NCBI GenBank assembly: GCA_001695645.1
Contig: LVZN01000034.1
Location: forward strand, 1-32,000
Length of the DNA: 32,000 nucleotides
Direction of reading: 5' to 3'
From: Erysipelotrichaceae bacterium MTC7
GTDB lineage: Bacteria; Bacillota_I; Bacilli_A; Erysipelotrichales; Erysipelotrichaceae
Positions 23,007-31,530 of the stretch are shown in pieces (the stretch's first letter is position 1; each line of letters opens with the position of its first letter). The notes under the pieces were generated by a model. The model made no database searches. It worked only from the letters and a program-made list of their open reading frames with translations, and was not told the DNA's origin. The translations under genes and the position numbers were made by a program.

Positions 23007-25369
23007 AAATCGCTGTGGGCAACAGCCGGATGGACAAGAAATGGAAAAACAAAGATATCTCGTGGGAGGATTTTTGTGCCCGTGTAAAGACAACACAACG
23101 TACTACGGAAACAGTAGAAGAATATCGGAAATTAAAAAGAGGCCAACAAGATGATATCAAAGATGTGGGTGGTTTTGTCGGAGGGCATTTAAAAGGGGGA
23201 AGGCGAAAGAAGGGCAATGTTTTATGCCGTTCTTTGCTTACCCTAGATATGGATTACGGTAGACCAGATATCTGGGAACAAATCAGTATGCTTTTTGATT
23301 TCAAATGCTGTGTTTATTCCACCCATAAGCATACACCGGAAAATCCAAGACTTAGGCTAATCGTTCCTCTCGCTCGTGAAGTCAGCGAAGAAGAATACGC
23401 AGCCGTTGGACGTATGGTGGCAAAAGAAATCGGCATAGATCTTTTCGATGATACGACTTATGAAGCCCATCGCCTTATGTATTGGCCATCCACTTCCTCT
23501 AATGGTGAATTCGTCTATGAAGAGCAGGATGGAGAATTGCTTGACCCTGATGTTTATCTTTCAAAATATCAAAACTGGCGGGATACATCAACTTGGCCAG
23601 TATCAAGCAGGCAGTCTGAAGTTATAAATCGCAGTCTTAAAGAGCAAGCAGACCCGCTTTTAAAGGAAGGTGTGGTAGGAACATTCTGTCGTGCCTATCC
23701 CGTACGTGAAGCAATTGAGAAATTCTTAGGTGCAGTTTATGCCCCTTCTGCTATGGAAGGACGATACGATTATATTCCAGCTGATAGTAGTGCCGGTGTG
23801 ATTATCTATGATGATAAATTCGCATACAGCCACCATGCTACAGACCCAGCAAGTGGATTACTCCTCAATGCTTTTGATCTCGTTCGTATTCATAAATTTG
23901 GTTCTTTAGATGATAAAGCTTCTACCACCACAGCTCCCGGTAAGATGCCGTCTTTTGTGGCAATGTGCGAGTTTGCTATTAAAGATGAAAAAGTAAAAGC
24001 TGAGTTTGCTAAGGAGAGACAGGCACAGGCTGAAGAGGAGTTTAGTGATGAGGATTGGCAGACAGCTTTGGAATTGGATAAGCAAGGCCGAATAAAAGAC
24101 ACTCTAGACAACATCGTTTTGATTATTCGGCATGATAAGGAATTACAGCATATAGCTTTTAATTGCCACCGTGATGGTATTGATGCCAAAGGAGGTCTGC
24201 CTTGGGAACAGATCAAGGTGGGTTGGAATGATTCAGATAATGCACTTCTTAAAGTGTATTTAAGCAGCAAATATGGAGTCTATTCACCTACCAAGACCAA
24301 GGATGCTGTGTTAGCGGTAGCGGCTGAACGAGCCTACCATCCTGTTAAGGAGTATCTGGACTCCCTGCCAAAATGGGATGGAATTAGTCGAGTAGATAAT
24401 CTATTAATTGATTATTTCGGTGCAACAGATAATTCCTATACAAAAGCAGTCATCCGCAAAACGATGGTTGCAGCGGTAGCCCGCATTTATAGACCAGGCA
24501 CAAAGTTTGATAGTGTCCTTATCTTAAACGGTCCTCAAGGTATCGGTAAGTCAACCTTCTTTGCAAAACTTGCTGGAGATTGGTTTTCAGATAGTTTGAC
24601 CATTACGGACATGAAAGATAAATCTGGAGCTGAGAAACTTCAGGGATATTGGTTATTGGAACTGGGTGAGCTTGCTGGTATGCGTAAGACGGATGTGGAA
24701 ATTGTGAAGTCTTTTATTTCGAGGGCAGATGATAAGTACCGGGCAAGTTATGGAGTCAATGTGGAAAGCCATCCCCGTCAATGTGTGATTGTAGGTTCAA
24801 CAAATGCAGAAAGCGGGTTTCTTCGGGATATAACTGGCAATCGAAGATTCTGGCCAGTCCGTATTAGCGGTAATGGCAAAAAGAAAGCTTGGCAGATGAC
24901 TAAAGAGGAAGTACAGCAGATTTGGGCAGAGACACTAGTGCTATATGAGAAGGGCGAAAAACTCTACCTTGAAGGTGATGATGCATCCATGGCAACTAGT
25001 GAGCAGGCAGATGCCATGGAAACAGATGAACGAGAAGGATTGGTTCGTACCTATCTGGATACTCTTTTGCCGGATGATTGGGACAGTATGTCTTTATACG
25101 AGCGTAGAAATTTCCTCGGCGGTAGCGAATTTGGCGGCGGCACCCGTGTTGGAACAGTAAAAAGAACCCTTGTCTGCAATATGGAGATTTGGTGTGAATG
25201 TTTTGGAAAAGATGCATCCTCAATGAGAACATCTGATTCTTATGCCATCGGTGCCATTATGAGAAAGATCAGTGGGTGGAACAAGTACACCGGGAACAAG
25301 AACGGAACAATCAATTTTCCTATCTATGGAAAGCAACGAGCTTATTCCCGAACCGAGGAACAAAGCTAG
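23003..25369 (+). CDS. Bifunctional primase-polymerase / VirE-family P-loop replication protein
   Basis: RBS GAGGAGG with an ATGA overlap. The N-terminus has AEP-like motifs (LTLDMDYG, YSTHKH). The C-terminus is VirE-like with Walker A LNGPQGIGKST. Confidence 0.85.
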   Translation: MKIAVGNSRMDKKWKNKDISWEDFCARVKTTQRTTETVEEYRKLKRGQQDDIKDVGGFVGGHLKGGRRKKGNVLCRSLLTLDMDYGRPDIWEQISMLFDFKCCVYSTHKHTPENPRLRLIVPLAREVSEEEYAAVGRMVAKEIGIDLFDDTTYEAHRLMYWPSTSSNGEFVYEEQDGELLDPDVYLSKYQNWRDTSTWPVSSRQSEVINRSLKEQADPLLKEGVVGTFCRAYPVREAIEKFLGAVYAPSAMEGRYDYIPADSSAGVIIYDDKFAYSHHATDPASGLLLNAFDLVRIHKFGSLDDKASTTTAPGKMPSFVAMCEFAIKDEKVKAEFAKERQAQAEEEFSDEDWQTALELDKQGRIKDTLDNIVLIIRHDKELQHIAFNCHRDGIDAKGGLPWEQIKVGWNDSDNALLKVYLSSKYGVYSPTKTKDAVLAVAAERAYHPVKEYLDSLPKWDGISRVDNLLIDYFGATDNSYTKAVIRKTMVAAVARIYRPGTKFDSVLILNGPQGIGKSTFFAKLAGDWFSDSLTITDMKDKSGAEKLQGYWLLELGELAGMRKTDVEIVKSFISRADDKYRASYGVNVESHPRQCVIVGSTNAESGFLRDITGNRRFWPVRISGNGKKKAWQMTKEEVQQIWAETLVLYEKGEKLYLEGDDASMATSEQADAMETDEREGLVRTYLDTLLPDDWDSMSLYERRNFLGGSEFGGGTRVGTVKRTLVCNMEIWCECFGKDASSMRTSDSYAIGAIMRKISGWNKYTGNKNGTINFPIYGKQRAYSRTEEQS

Positions 25370-25563
25370 TTGTACCTTACCTTGTTCTCATGCTGGTTCT
25401 TTCCCCAAGGCTAGTAATCAAAAGGAAAATCTACGGTTCGGAACAAGTGGAACAAGAAGTATCCTATTTATTTATAAATAGTAAAAAAGAAGAAAGTGTA
25501 GCCTGTGCATACACGCATACGCGCGCGTATAGGAAAAATGGGTCAAAGTTGTTTTCTTGTTCC
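25278..25563. repeat. Iteron cluster (GGAACAAG) plus Py-Pu tract; putative phage replication origin
   Basis: Direct GGAACAAG at 25278, 25293, 25440 and 25449. Variants GGAACAAT at 25304 and GGAACAAAG at 25357. Inverted CTTGTTCC at 25556-25563 and CTTGTTCT at 25381-25388. A 28-nt perfectly alternating pyrimidine-purine run (25504-25531) contains the palindrome ATACGCGCGCGTAT (25517-25530). Confidence 0.6.
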
Positions 25564-25588
25564 GAGCCTTTTTATATGGGAGGTATTT

Positions 25589-25870
25589 ATGCTTGAAAAG
25601 TATATCGAAAAGAAACTGGTGGCTGAGGTAAAAAAGATGGGTGGCATTGCAGCGAAGTTTGTTAGTCCGGGTTTAGATGGGATGCCAGACCGCCTAGTGC
25701 TTTTACCGCATGGAAAGATGGCTTTTGTGGAATTAAAGGCTCCCAGAAAGAAACCTCGTCCGTTACAGATTAGAAGAATAAGGCAATTACAGAAGTTAGG
25801 CTTTACTTGCTATGTCATTGATGATGTTCAGCAGATTGGAGGGATACTGAGTGAAATACAATCCTCATAA
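25589..25870 (+). CDS. VRR-NUC domain nuclease
   Basis: RBS GGGAGG precedes the ATG at 25589. GMPDRLVLLPHGKMAFVELKAPRKKPRPLQIRRIRQLQKLGFTCYVI is the VRR-NUC PD...ExK core. Confidence 0.85.
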   Translation: MLEKYIEKKLVAEVKKMGGIAAKFVSPGLDGMPDRLVLLPHGKMAFVELKAPRKKPRPLQIRRIRQLQKLGFTCYVIDDVQQIGGILSEIQSS

Positions 25871-27212
25871 ATATCAGACCTATGCTACGAATTTCATACT
25901 TGAGCATCCTATAGCAGCGGTGTTTTTAGAGATGGGTCTTGGCAAAAGCGTAATCACTTTAACTGCTATATTTGATTTATGTCTTGATCGTTTTGAAATT
26001 GGAAAGGTTCTGGTCATTGCCCCTCTAAGGGTAGCAAGGGATACTTGGCCTGCTGAGATAAACAAATGGGAGCATTTAAAAGGACTGGAGTATTCAGTGG
26101 CTATTGGAACAGAACAGGAGCGGTTAGCAGCTCTTAGGAAACCAGCAAGTGTCTATCTTATAAACAGAGAAAATGTTGACTGGTTAGTAAACAAAAGTGG
26201 CATTCCTTTTAATTATGACATGGTGGTCATTGATGAATTGTCATCTTTTAAGTCCTATGGAGCAAAAAGATTTAAGAGTTTACTAAAAGTCAGACCTAGG
26301 GCGAAACGTATCGTGGGTCTTACAGGTACTCCATCCAGTAACGGGTTAATGGATTTGTGGGCAGAGTTTCGTATTCTCGACATGGGTAAAAGACTCGGCA
26401 GATACATAACTCACTACCGCAATTCCTTCTTTACTCCAGATAAACGTAATCAGCAGATTGTATTTTCATATAAACCGTTACCTGGGGCAGAAGATGCCAT
26501 ATATCGACTAATTTCAGATATTACCATTTCAATGAAGTCGGTTGATTTTCTAAAAATGCCAGAATGCGTGATAAATGAAGTGTCGGTGTATCTAAATGAT
26601 AAAGAACAATCAGTATACGATCACTTTCGTGAAGAGATGGTTCTTGAGCTTGCCAATGAGGAGATTGATGCCATGAATGCAGCAGTCCTTTCAGGCAAAC
26701 TCCTTCAAATGGCAAACGGTGCTGTCTATGATGATGATAAAAATACTCATATTATCCATGACCGCAAGCTGGATGCTCTTGAAGATTTAATCGAAGGTGC
26801 AAACGGCAAACCTGTTCTTATTGCATATTGGTATAATCACGATTTAGAGCGTATTAAAGCAAGATTTAATGTTAGAGAAATTAAAACATCCAAGGATATC
26901 AAAGACTGGAACAACGGTGATATTTCTGTGGCGGTTATCCATCCCGCATCAGCAGGACACGGTCTCAATTTACAAAGTGGTGGTTCAACACTTATTTGGT
27001 TTGGTCTTACTTGGAGTCTGGAGCTCTATCAGCAAACAAATGCAAGACTTTGGAGACAAGGACAAAATGAAACGGTGGTTATCCATCACATTGTTACTAA
27101 AGGCACGATTGATGAAGATGTGATGAGAGCTTTGAAACGAAAGGAAAAGACACAGTCCGATCTTATAAATGCTGTCAAAGCAAATCTGGGGAAAGCGAGG
27201 GGTGTTGTATGA
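25851..27212 (+). CDS. SNF2-family helicase
   Basis: GTG start 7 nt after GGAGGG. Motifs LEMGLGKS, VIDELSSFK, LTGTPSSNGLMDLW, SAGHGLNLQ and QQTNARLWRQGQ. Confidence 0.9.
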   Translation: MKYNPHKYQTYATNFILEHPIAAVFLEMGLGKSVITLTAIFDLCLDRFEIGKVLVIAPLRVARDTWPAEINKWEHLKGLEYSVAIGTEQERLAALRKPASVYLINRENVDWLVNKSGIPFNYDMVVIDELSSFKSYGAKRFKSLLKVRPRAKRIVGLTGTPSSNGLMDLWAEFRILDMGKRLGRYITHYRNSFFTPDKRNQQIVFSYKPLPGAEDAIYRLISDITISMKSVDFLKMPECVINEVSVYLNDKEQSVYDHFREEMVLELANEEIDAMNAAVLSGKLLQMANGAVYDDDKNTHIIHDRKLDALEDLIEGANGKPVLIAYWYNHDLERIKARFNVREIKTSKDIKDWNNGDISVAVIHPASAGHGLNLQSGGSTLIWFGLTWSLELYQQTNARLWRQGQNETVVIHHIVTKGTIDEDVMRALKRKEKTQSDLINAVKANLGKARGVV

Positions 27213-27430
27213 TGGATGCATTTGAAAAACTGGCAAATGCCATTATTCTACAGGCGGTCAAAGATTATCGTTTTGCTCTGAAAAGACTAGCAAAATACCC
27301 TCGCAATGATTCTGCTAGATATACGAAACGTGAGATTGAGCGTTTCTTCCATTCCGGGTATTTCACTACCCTGACATCTCTCGATCCTGAGATGCTAATT
27401 AAAAAGCTACATGAGGAGGTGGTGCGATGA
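27209..27430 (+). CDS. Small phage protein, unknown function
   Basis: The 73-aa ORF overlaps its neighbours at both ends (ATGA overlaps). RBS GAGGGG. Confidence 0.65.
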   Translation: MMDAFEKLANAIILQAVKDYRFALKRLAKYPRNDSARYTKREIERFFHSGYFTTLTSLDPEMLIKKLHEEVVR

Positions 27431-27837
27431 CGGCAAAGGAATTCTTGAAACAAGCATATCGCTTAAATGAGTTGATTAATTCCGATCTAGAGGAGTTACA
27501 AAATCTAAGGGAACTCTCAAGGAGTGTTTCATCTCCTGTTCTTGAGGAAAAAGTCAGTAAAACAAAAAGTACTGATCCACCTTTTGAAAAATACGTGATT
27601 AGAATAGTAGATTTGGAGAAGCAGATACAACAAGAGGTGGAACGTTTAATAAAGCTTAAGTCGGATATTCGTGAAGCGATTAACCAGATGGAAAACGTGG
27701 ATGAGAAGTTGCTTCTTCGCTACCGCTACATTAACTTTCTTAACTGGGAAGAAATCTGTGTCAACCTTAATGTTTCTATGAGAACTGTGCATAGACTTCA
27801 CTCATCAGCCTTGCAGCATTTAAAGGTGCCCAAATAA
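27427..27837 (+). CDS. DUF1492-family (RinA/ArpU-like, sigma-region-4-like) late transcription regulator
   Basis: AKEFLKQAYRLNELINSDLEELQNLRELS...LLLRYRYINFLNWEEICVNLNVSMRTVHRLHSSALQHL matches the DUF1492 pattern. It lies immediately upstream of the HNH/terminase genes. Confidence 0.8.
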   Translation: MTAKEFLKQAYRLNELINSDLEELQNLRELSRSVSSPVLEEKVSKTKSTDPPFEKYVIRIVDLEKQIQQEVERLIKLKSDIREAINQMENVDEKLLLRYRYINFLNWEEICVNLNVSMRTVHRLHSSALQHLKVPK

Positions 27838-27840
27838 AAG

Positions 27841-27905
27841 TTGGCACACTTTGGCACAGGTTGGCATACGATGACACTGTTTGTCCGTAGTGAAAGTTAT
27901 ATAAT
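27841..27905 (+). promoter_or_regulatory. Three 10-bp-phased TTGGCAY repeats followed by a TATAAT -10 box (candidate activator-dependent late promoter)
   Basis: TTGGCAC at 27841-27847 and 27851-27857; TTGGCAT at 27861-27867. TATAAT at 27900-27905 has no good -35. Confidence 0.45.
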
Positions 27906-27930
27906 GGTAGTATGGAATATTAGCAAACAG

Positions 27931-27968
27931 AAGCCTTCACGGGAGCATTTCTCCTGCGAGGGCTTTTT
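27931..27968 (+). terminator. Intrinsic-terminator-like hairpin in the leader of the HNH/terminase operon
   Basis: The stem 27931-27945 / 27951-27965 has 15 positions (1 mismatch, 2 G-U) around the 5-nt loop CATTT. T5 lies at 27964-27968. Confidence 0.65.
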
Positions 27969-27991
27969 CTATGGGCAAAAGGAGGTGTAGT

Positions 27992-28351
27992 ATGCCAAGG
28001 AAACCTAAGCGACCATGCTCTTACCCTGGTTGTCCAGAGCTGACTGACAGACGTTTTTGTGAAGAACATGCTAAAAAGGAAGCTGCACGGTATGAAAAGT
28101 ATGACCGTGACCCAGCAACTCGTAAGCGATATGGTCGTGCATGGAAGAGAATACGTGACCGCTACATTGCAACTCATCCTCTTTGCGAGGAGTGTAAACG
28201 GCAAGGAAAGCTGACCCCAGCAACCGAGGTACATCACATTCTTCCTCTTGCAAGAGGTGGAACACATGATAGAAGCAATCTTATGTCCCTTTGTACTTCT
28301 TGTCACTCTGCCATCACTGCAAAAGATGGAGACCGTTGGGGAACCCGGTAG
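27992..28351 (+). CDS. HNH endonuclease (terminase-associated)
   Basis: RBS AAAGGAGGTG precedes the ATG at 27992. CEECKRQGKLTPATEVHHILPLARGGTHDRSNLMSLCTSCHSAIT. Confidence 0.9.
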   Translation: MPRKPKRPCSYPGCPELTDRRFCEEHAKKEAARYEKYDRDPATRKRYGRAWKRIRDRYIATHPLCEECKRQGKLTPATEVHHILPLARGGTHDRSNLMSLCTSCHSAITAKDGDRWGTR

Positions 28352-28462
28352 GGGGAGTCAAATCTCCACAGCTTTTTAGATGTGCAACGGGCGTGGGGTA
28401 ACGCGTGAAAATTCGCGGTTTCAAACAGGGTAATAGACCCATCAACGAAAAGAGGTGAGTGA

Positions 28463-29014
28463 ATGGCCAAAGATGGAACAAATCGTGGCGGTGCCCGTAT
28501 AGGCTCTGGTCAAAAAAAGAAACCACTTGCTGATAAAATTGCACAGGGTAATCCAGGTAAGAGAAAGCTAGAAATCATTGACTTCCAAAATACCGCTGAT
28601 TTAAAGGGGCAGGAAATGCCAAAGCCAAGGGCCATGCTCTCAGCGGTGCAAAAGGACGGGAAAACCCTAGTAGCCAGCGAGATTTATGAAATTACTTGGA
28701 AATGGCTTGAGGAGCGAGGCTGTGCCCATTTGGTGCTCCCACAGCTTCTAGAACGATATGCCATGAGTGCGGCCAGATGGATACAGTGTGAGGAGGCGGT
28801 AACTGAGTTTGGTTTTCTTGCCAAGCATCCAACTACCGGCAATGCTATTCAAAGTCCTTATGTAGCTATGAGCCAGAACTTTATGAGCCAGACAAACAGA
28901 CTATGGATGGAGATTTATCAAATCGTTAAAGAGAATTGTGCTACAGAGTATTCTGGTTTAAACCCACAGGACGATGTGATGGAGCGACTGCTATCTGCCC
29001 GCAGAGGAAAATAA
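28463..29014 (+). CDS. terS: Phage terminase small subunit, P27 family
   Basis: RBS AAGAGGTGAG. GGARIGSGQKKKPLADKIAQGNPGKRKL...W..L...G and its position after HNH fit the P27/Terminase_4 pattern. Confidence 0.8.
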   Translation: MAKDGTNRGGARIGSGQKKKPLADKIAQGNPGKRKLEIIDFQNTADLKGQEMPKPRAMLSAVQKDGKTLVASEIYEITWKWLEERGCAHLVLPQLLERYAMSAARWIQCEEAVTEFGFLAKHPTTGNAIQSPYVAMSQNFMSQTNRLWMEIYQIVKENCATEYSGLNPQDDVMERLLSARRGK

Positions 29015-29031
29015 AGATGAGGAGATATGTA

Positions 29032-30213
29032 ATGAGTAAAAGATATTTAACAGCTGAAAGTGTATGTGCTGGACATCCTGATAAACTATGCGACATCATA
29101 GCAGATAGCATTTTAGAAGCATGTTTACGTAAAGACAAAGCATCACGTGTCGCTTGTGAGGTAATGGCAACCAAAGGGAAAATTATCGTGGCGGGCGAAA
29201 TCTCCTGCAGCGAGAAAATAGACATCCGATACATTGTTAGGAATGTCCTTAAAGAGATTGGATACAACCCTCTTAAATTCTTGATTTATGTATTTGTACA
29301 CAAACAAAGTGTAGATATTGCAACTGGCGTGGATACTGCACTGGAAGTAAGAAATGGGATAAACGAACAGTATGGTTCGATAGGTGCTGGAGACCAAGGA
29401 ACTGTGTATGGCTATGCTACAAAGGAAACAGGAGAAATGCTTCCCCTACCCCTTGTACTATCTCACAGGATTGTAAAGAGACTGGATGATTGCCGAAAAG
29501 GGAAACTGATAAAAGGTATCCACCCAGATGGTAAAGCGCAGGTGACGGCGGAATATGAAGGAGACACTCCAGTGCGAATAAAGACTATTGTGATATCGGT
29601 ACAGCATGATAAGAATAAAACACAGGAAGAACTAAAGACAGATATCCTTAACAATGTCCTATGGCAGTGCTTTGAGGACTTCCCATTTGATGATGAAACA
29701 GAAATTCTCATTAACCCCTCTGGTAGATTTGTCGAAGGTGGTCCCGCTGCCGATACAGGCTTAACTGGTAGAAAAATTATGGTTGATACCTATGGAGGAC
29801 TTGCATCCCATGGAGGTGGCGCACTTAGTGGTAAAGACCCCACCAAAGTTGACCGAAGCGGTGCCTATATGGCTCGGTACATTGCAAAGCATATCGTCTG
29901 GTGTGGATATGCAAAGAGATGTGAAGTTAGTATATCCTATGCCATTGGTAAGGCAAATCCTGTAGCCTTTTATGTAAATACCCTTGGCACAGGTATTGTT
30001 TCTGACGAAATATTAACTCTTGCTGCACAGGAAGTTTTCAATTTAAGACCTGCAGCCATTATTGAAAATCTACGTCTTAGAAATGTGATTTACTCTGACA
30101 CCGCGGCTTATGGTCACTTTAATAGTTGTCTATTCCCGTGGGAGGATGTAAATAAGTACAGTGAATTTAGAAAGGCGGTGGAAAAGTATGTTGATAGAGA
30201 AGATAAAAACTAA
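29032..30213 (+). CDS. metK: S-adenosylmethionine synthetase (phage-encoded MetK)
   Basis: All hallmark motifs are present: ESVCAGHPDKLCD, GAGDQG, GGPAADTGLTGRK, DTYGGLASHGGGALSGKDPTKVDRSGAYMARY. The ATG at 29032 lies 7 nt after GAGGAG. Confidence 0.93.
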   Translation: MSKRYLTAESVCAGHPDKLCDIIADSILEACLRKDKASRVACEVMATKGKIIVAGEISCSEKIDIRYIVRNVLKEIGYNPLKFLIYVFVHKQSVDIATGVDTALEVRNGINEQYGSIGAGDQGTVYGYATKETGEMLPLPLVLSHRIVKRLDDCRKGKLIKGIHPDGKAQVTAEYEGDTPVRIKTIVISVQHDKNKTQEELKTDILNNVLWQCFEDFPFDDETEILINPSGRFVEGGPAADTGLTGRKIMVDTYGGLASHGGGALSGKDPTKVDRSGAYMARYIAKHIVWCGYAKRCEVSISYAIGKANPVAFYVNTLGTGIVSDEILTLAAQEVFNLRPAAIIENLRLRNVIYSDTAAYGHFNSCLFPWEDVNKYSEFRKAVEKYVDREDKN

Positions 30214-31429
30214 ACAACTCATCCCCGCTGAATATAACCCAAGGAAGGATTTAAAACCGGGTGATCCGGAATATGAGAAACTTAAACGCTCCCTTGAGGA
30301 GTTTGGATATGTAGAACCCGTAATATGGAATAAGACTACAGGCAGAGTCATTGGAGGCCATCAACGTTTGAAAATCCTGCTGAGTATGGGCATGGATGAG
30401 ATAGATTGTGTAGTTGTTGAAATGGATGAGCAAAAGGAGAAGGCGCTGAACATTGCACTAAATAAAATAAGTGGTGATTGGGATAAAGACAAATTAGCAC
30501 TTCTCATCACGGACTTAAATGCTTCAGACTTTGATGTGTCTTTGACAGGTTTTGACCCGGGAGAGTTGGAGGATCTTTTCAAGGATTCCCTTAAGGATAA
30601 TATAAAAGAAGATGATTTCGATGTAGACAGCGAGCTGAAAAAGCCCGCTGTTTCGCATTTAGGGGATATTTGGCTACTTGGGCAGCATCGATTAGTCTGC
30701 GGAGACAGTACAAAGAAAGACACCTTTAATGTCTTGATGGATGGGAAAACTGCTAATTTGGTAGTTACGGACCCTCCATATAATGTTAACTATGAAGGCA
30801 CTGCTGGAAAAATCAAAAATGACAATATGGCTAACGAAGCGTTCTACGATTTCCTGCTTGCAGCATTTCAGAACACCGAAGCAGCGATGGCAAAGGACGC
30901 TTCTATTTATGTATTCCATGCGGATACCGAAGGACTCAATTTTAGAAGAGCATTCTCCGATGCAGGATTTTATCTTTCCGGTACTTGTATATGGAAAAAG
31001 CAGTCCCTTGTTCTCGGTCGCTCTCCTTATCAGTGGCAGCATGAACCTATTCTCTTTGGGTGGAAAAAGAAAGGCAAGCATAACTGGTATTCCGATAGAA
31101 AGCAGACCACCATCTGGGAATTTGAGAAACCGAAGAAAAACAGTGATCATCCTACGATGAAGCCAGTTGCACTTGTGGCCTACCCTATTTTGAACTCAAG
31201 CCTTTCTAATTGTATCGTGCTTGATCCTTTTGGTGGTTCAGGAAGCACGCTGATTGCCTGTGAGCAGACAGATAGAATCTGTTACACCATTGAACTGGAT
31301 GAAAAGTACTGTGATGTCATTGTGAAAAGGTATATTGAGCAAGTTGGAAAATCAGACAGTGTGTTTCTTTTAAGAGATGGTTCGAAAATAAGATATTGTG
31401 ACCTGCCGGACGTTACTACCGCCGATTAA
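30188..31429 (+). CDS. ParB-like nuclease domain fused to a DNA N6/N4 methyltransferase (DPPY type)
   Basis: The N-terminus is ParB-like (LIPAEYNPRKD...VIGGHQRLKIL). The MTase motifs are VVTDPPYNVNY and LDPFGGSGSTLIACE. The ATG at 30188 overlaps the metK end by 26 nt. Confidence 0.9.
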   Translation: MLIEKIKTKQLIPAEYNPRKDLKPGDPEYEKLKRSLEEFGYVEPVIWNKTTGRVIGGHQRLKILLSMGMDEIDCVVVEMDEQKEKALNIALNKISGDWDKDKLALLITDLNASDFDVSLTGFDPGELEDLFKDSLKDNIKEDDFDVDSELKKPAVSHLGDIWLLGQHRLVCGDSTKKDTFNVLMDGKTANLVVTDPPYNVNYEGTAGKIKNDNMANEAFYDFLLAAFQNTEAAMAKDASIYVFHADTEGLNFRRAFSDAGFYLSGTCIWKKQSLVLGRSPYQWQHEPILFGWKKKGKHNWYSDRKQTTIWEFEKPKKNSDHPTMKPVALVAYPILNSSLSNCIVLDPFGGSGSTLIACEQTDRICYTIELDEKYCDVIVKRYIEQVGKSDSVFLLRDGSKIRYCDLPDVTTAD

Positions 31430-31530
31430 TGGAACAGTATTTTCTACAGAAAGATGTTCTAAATGACTTGATATTAACAGCCTTTAGAGTGATATATGTA
31501 TGTACCGAAAATAGAAAGGCGGTATAAAAA

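Noticed and set aside
25272-25596. ORFs 25272-25481 and 25276-25596, and the N-terminal extension of 25505-25870
   Set aside because: They lie over the iteron/ori region, lack RBSs and have odd composition. The VRR-NUC gene has a clean RBS (GGGAGG) and a conserved N-terminus starting at 25589.
27841-27867. TTGGCAC repeats read as a sigma-54 (-24 TGGCAC / -12 TTGC) promoter
   Set aside because: After TGGCAC the next element is GGCA, not TTGC, at the required spacing. The triple 10-bp periodic repeat fits a phased protein-binding array better. No sigma-54 activator is nearby.
5978-30187. Longest-ORF N-terminal extensions given by the track (5978, 9289, 16866, 18005, 19158, 22488, 25505, 27971, 28936, 30161; minus strand 2004, 3625)
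   Set aside because: Internal start codons have canonical RBSs at proper spacing and coincide with the conserved family N-termini or with stop/start overlaps of the upstream gene, so I used the shorter coordinates.
17219-31160. Numerous embedded or antisense ORFs in the prophage (e.g. 17219-17437, 17465-17677, 17613-17867, 17722-17943, 18171-18353, 18634-18843, 20379-20743, 21839-22157, 22703-23217, 23890-24270, 24945-25232, 25880-26065, 26521-26715, 26869-27236, 27265-27453, 27920-28306, 28071-28265, 28314-28544, 28941-29711, 29783-29965, 30130-31160)
   Set aside because: Each lies inside a motif-supported plus-strand gene. None has its own RBS or a recognisable domain.
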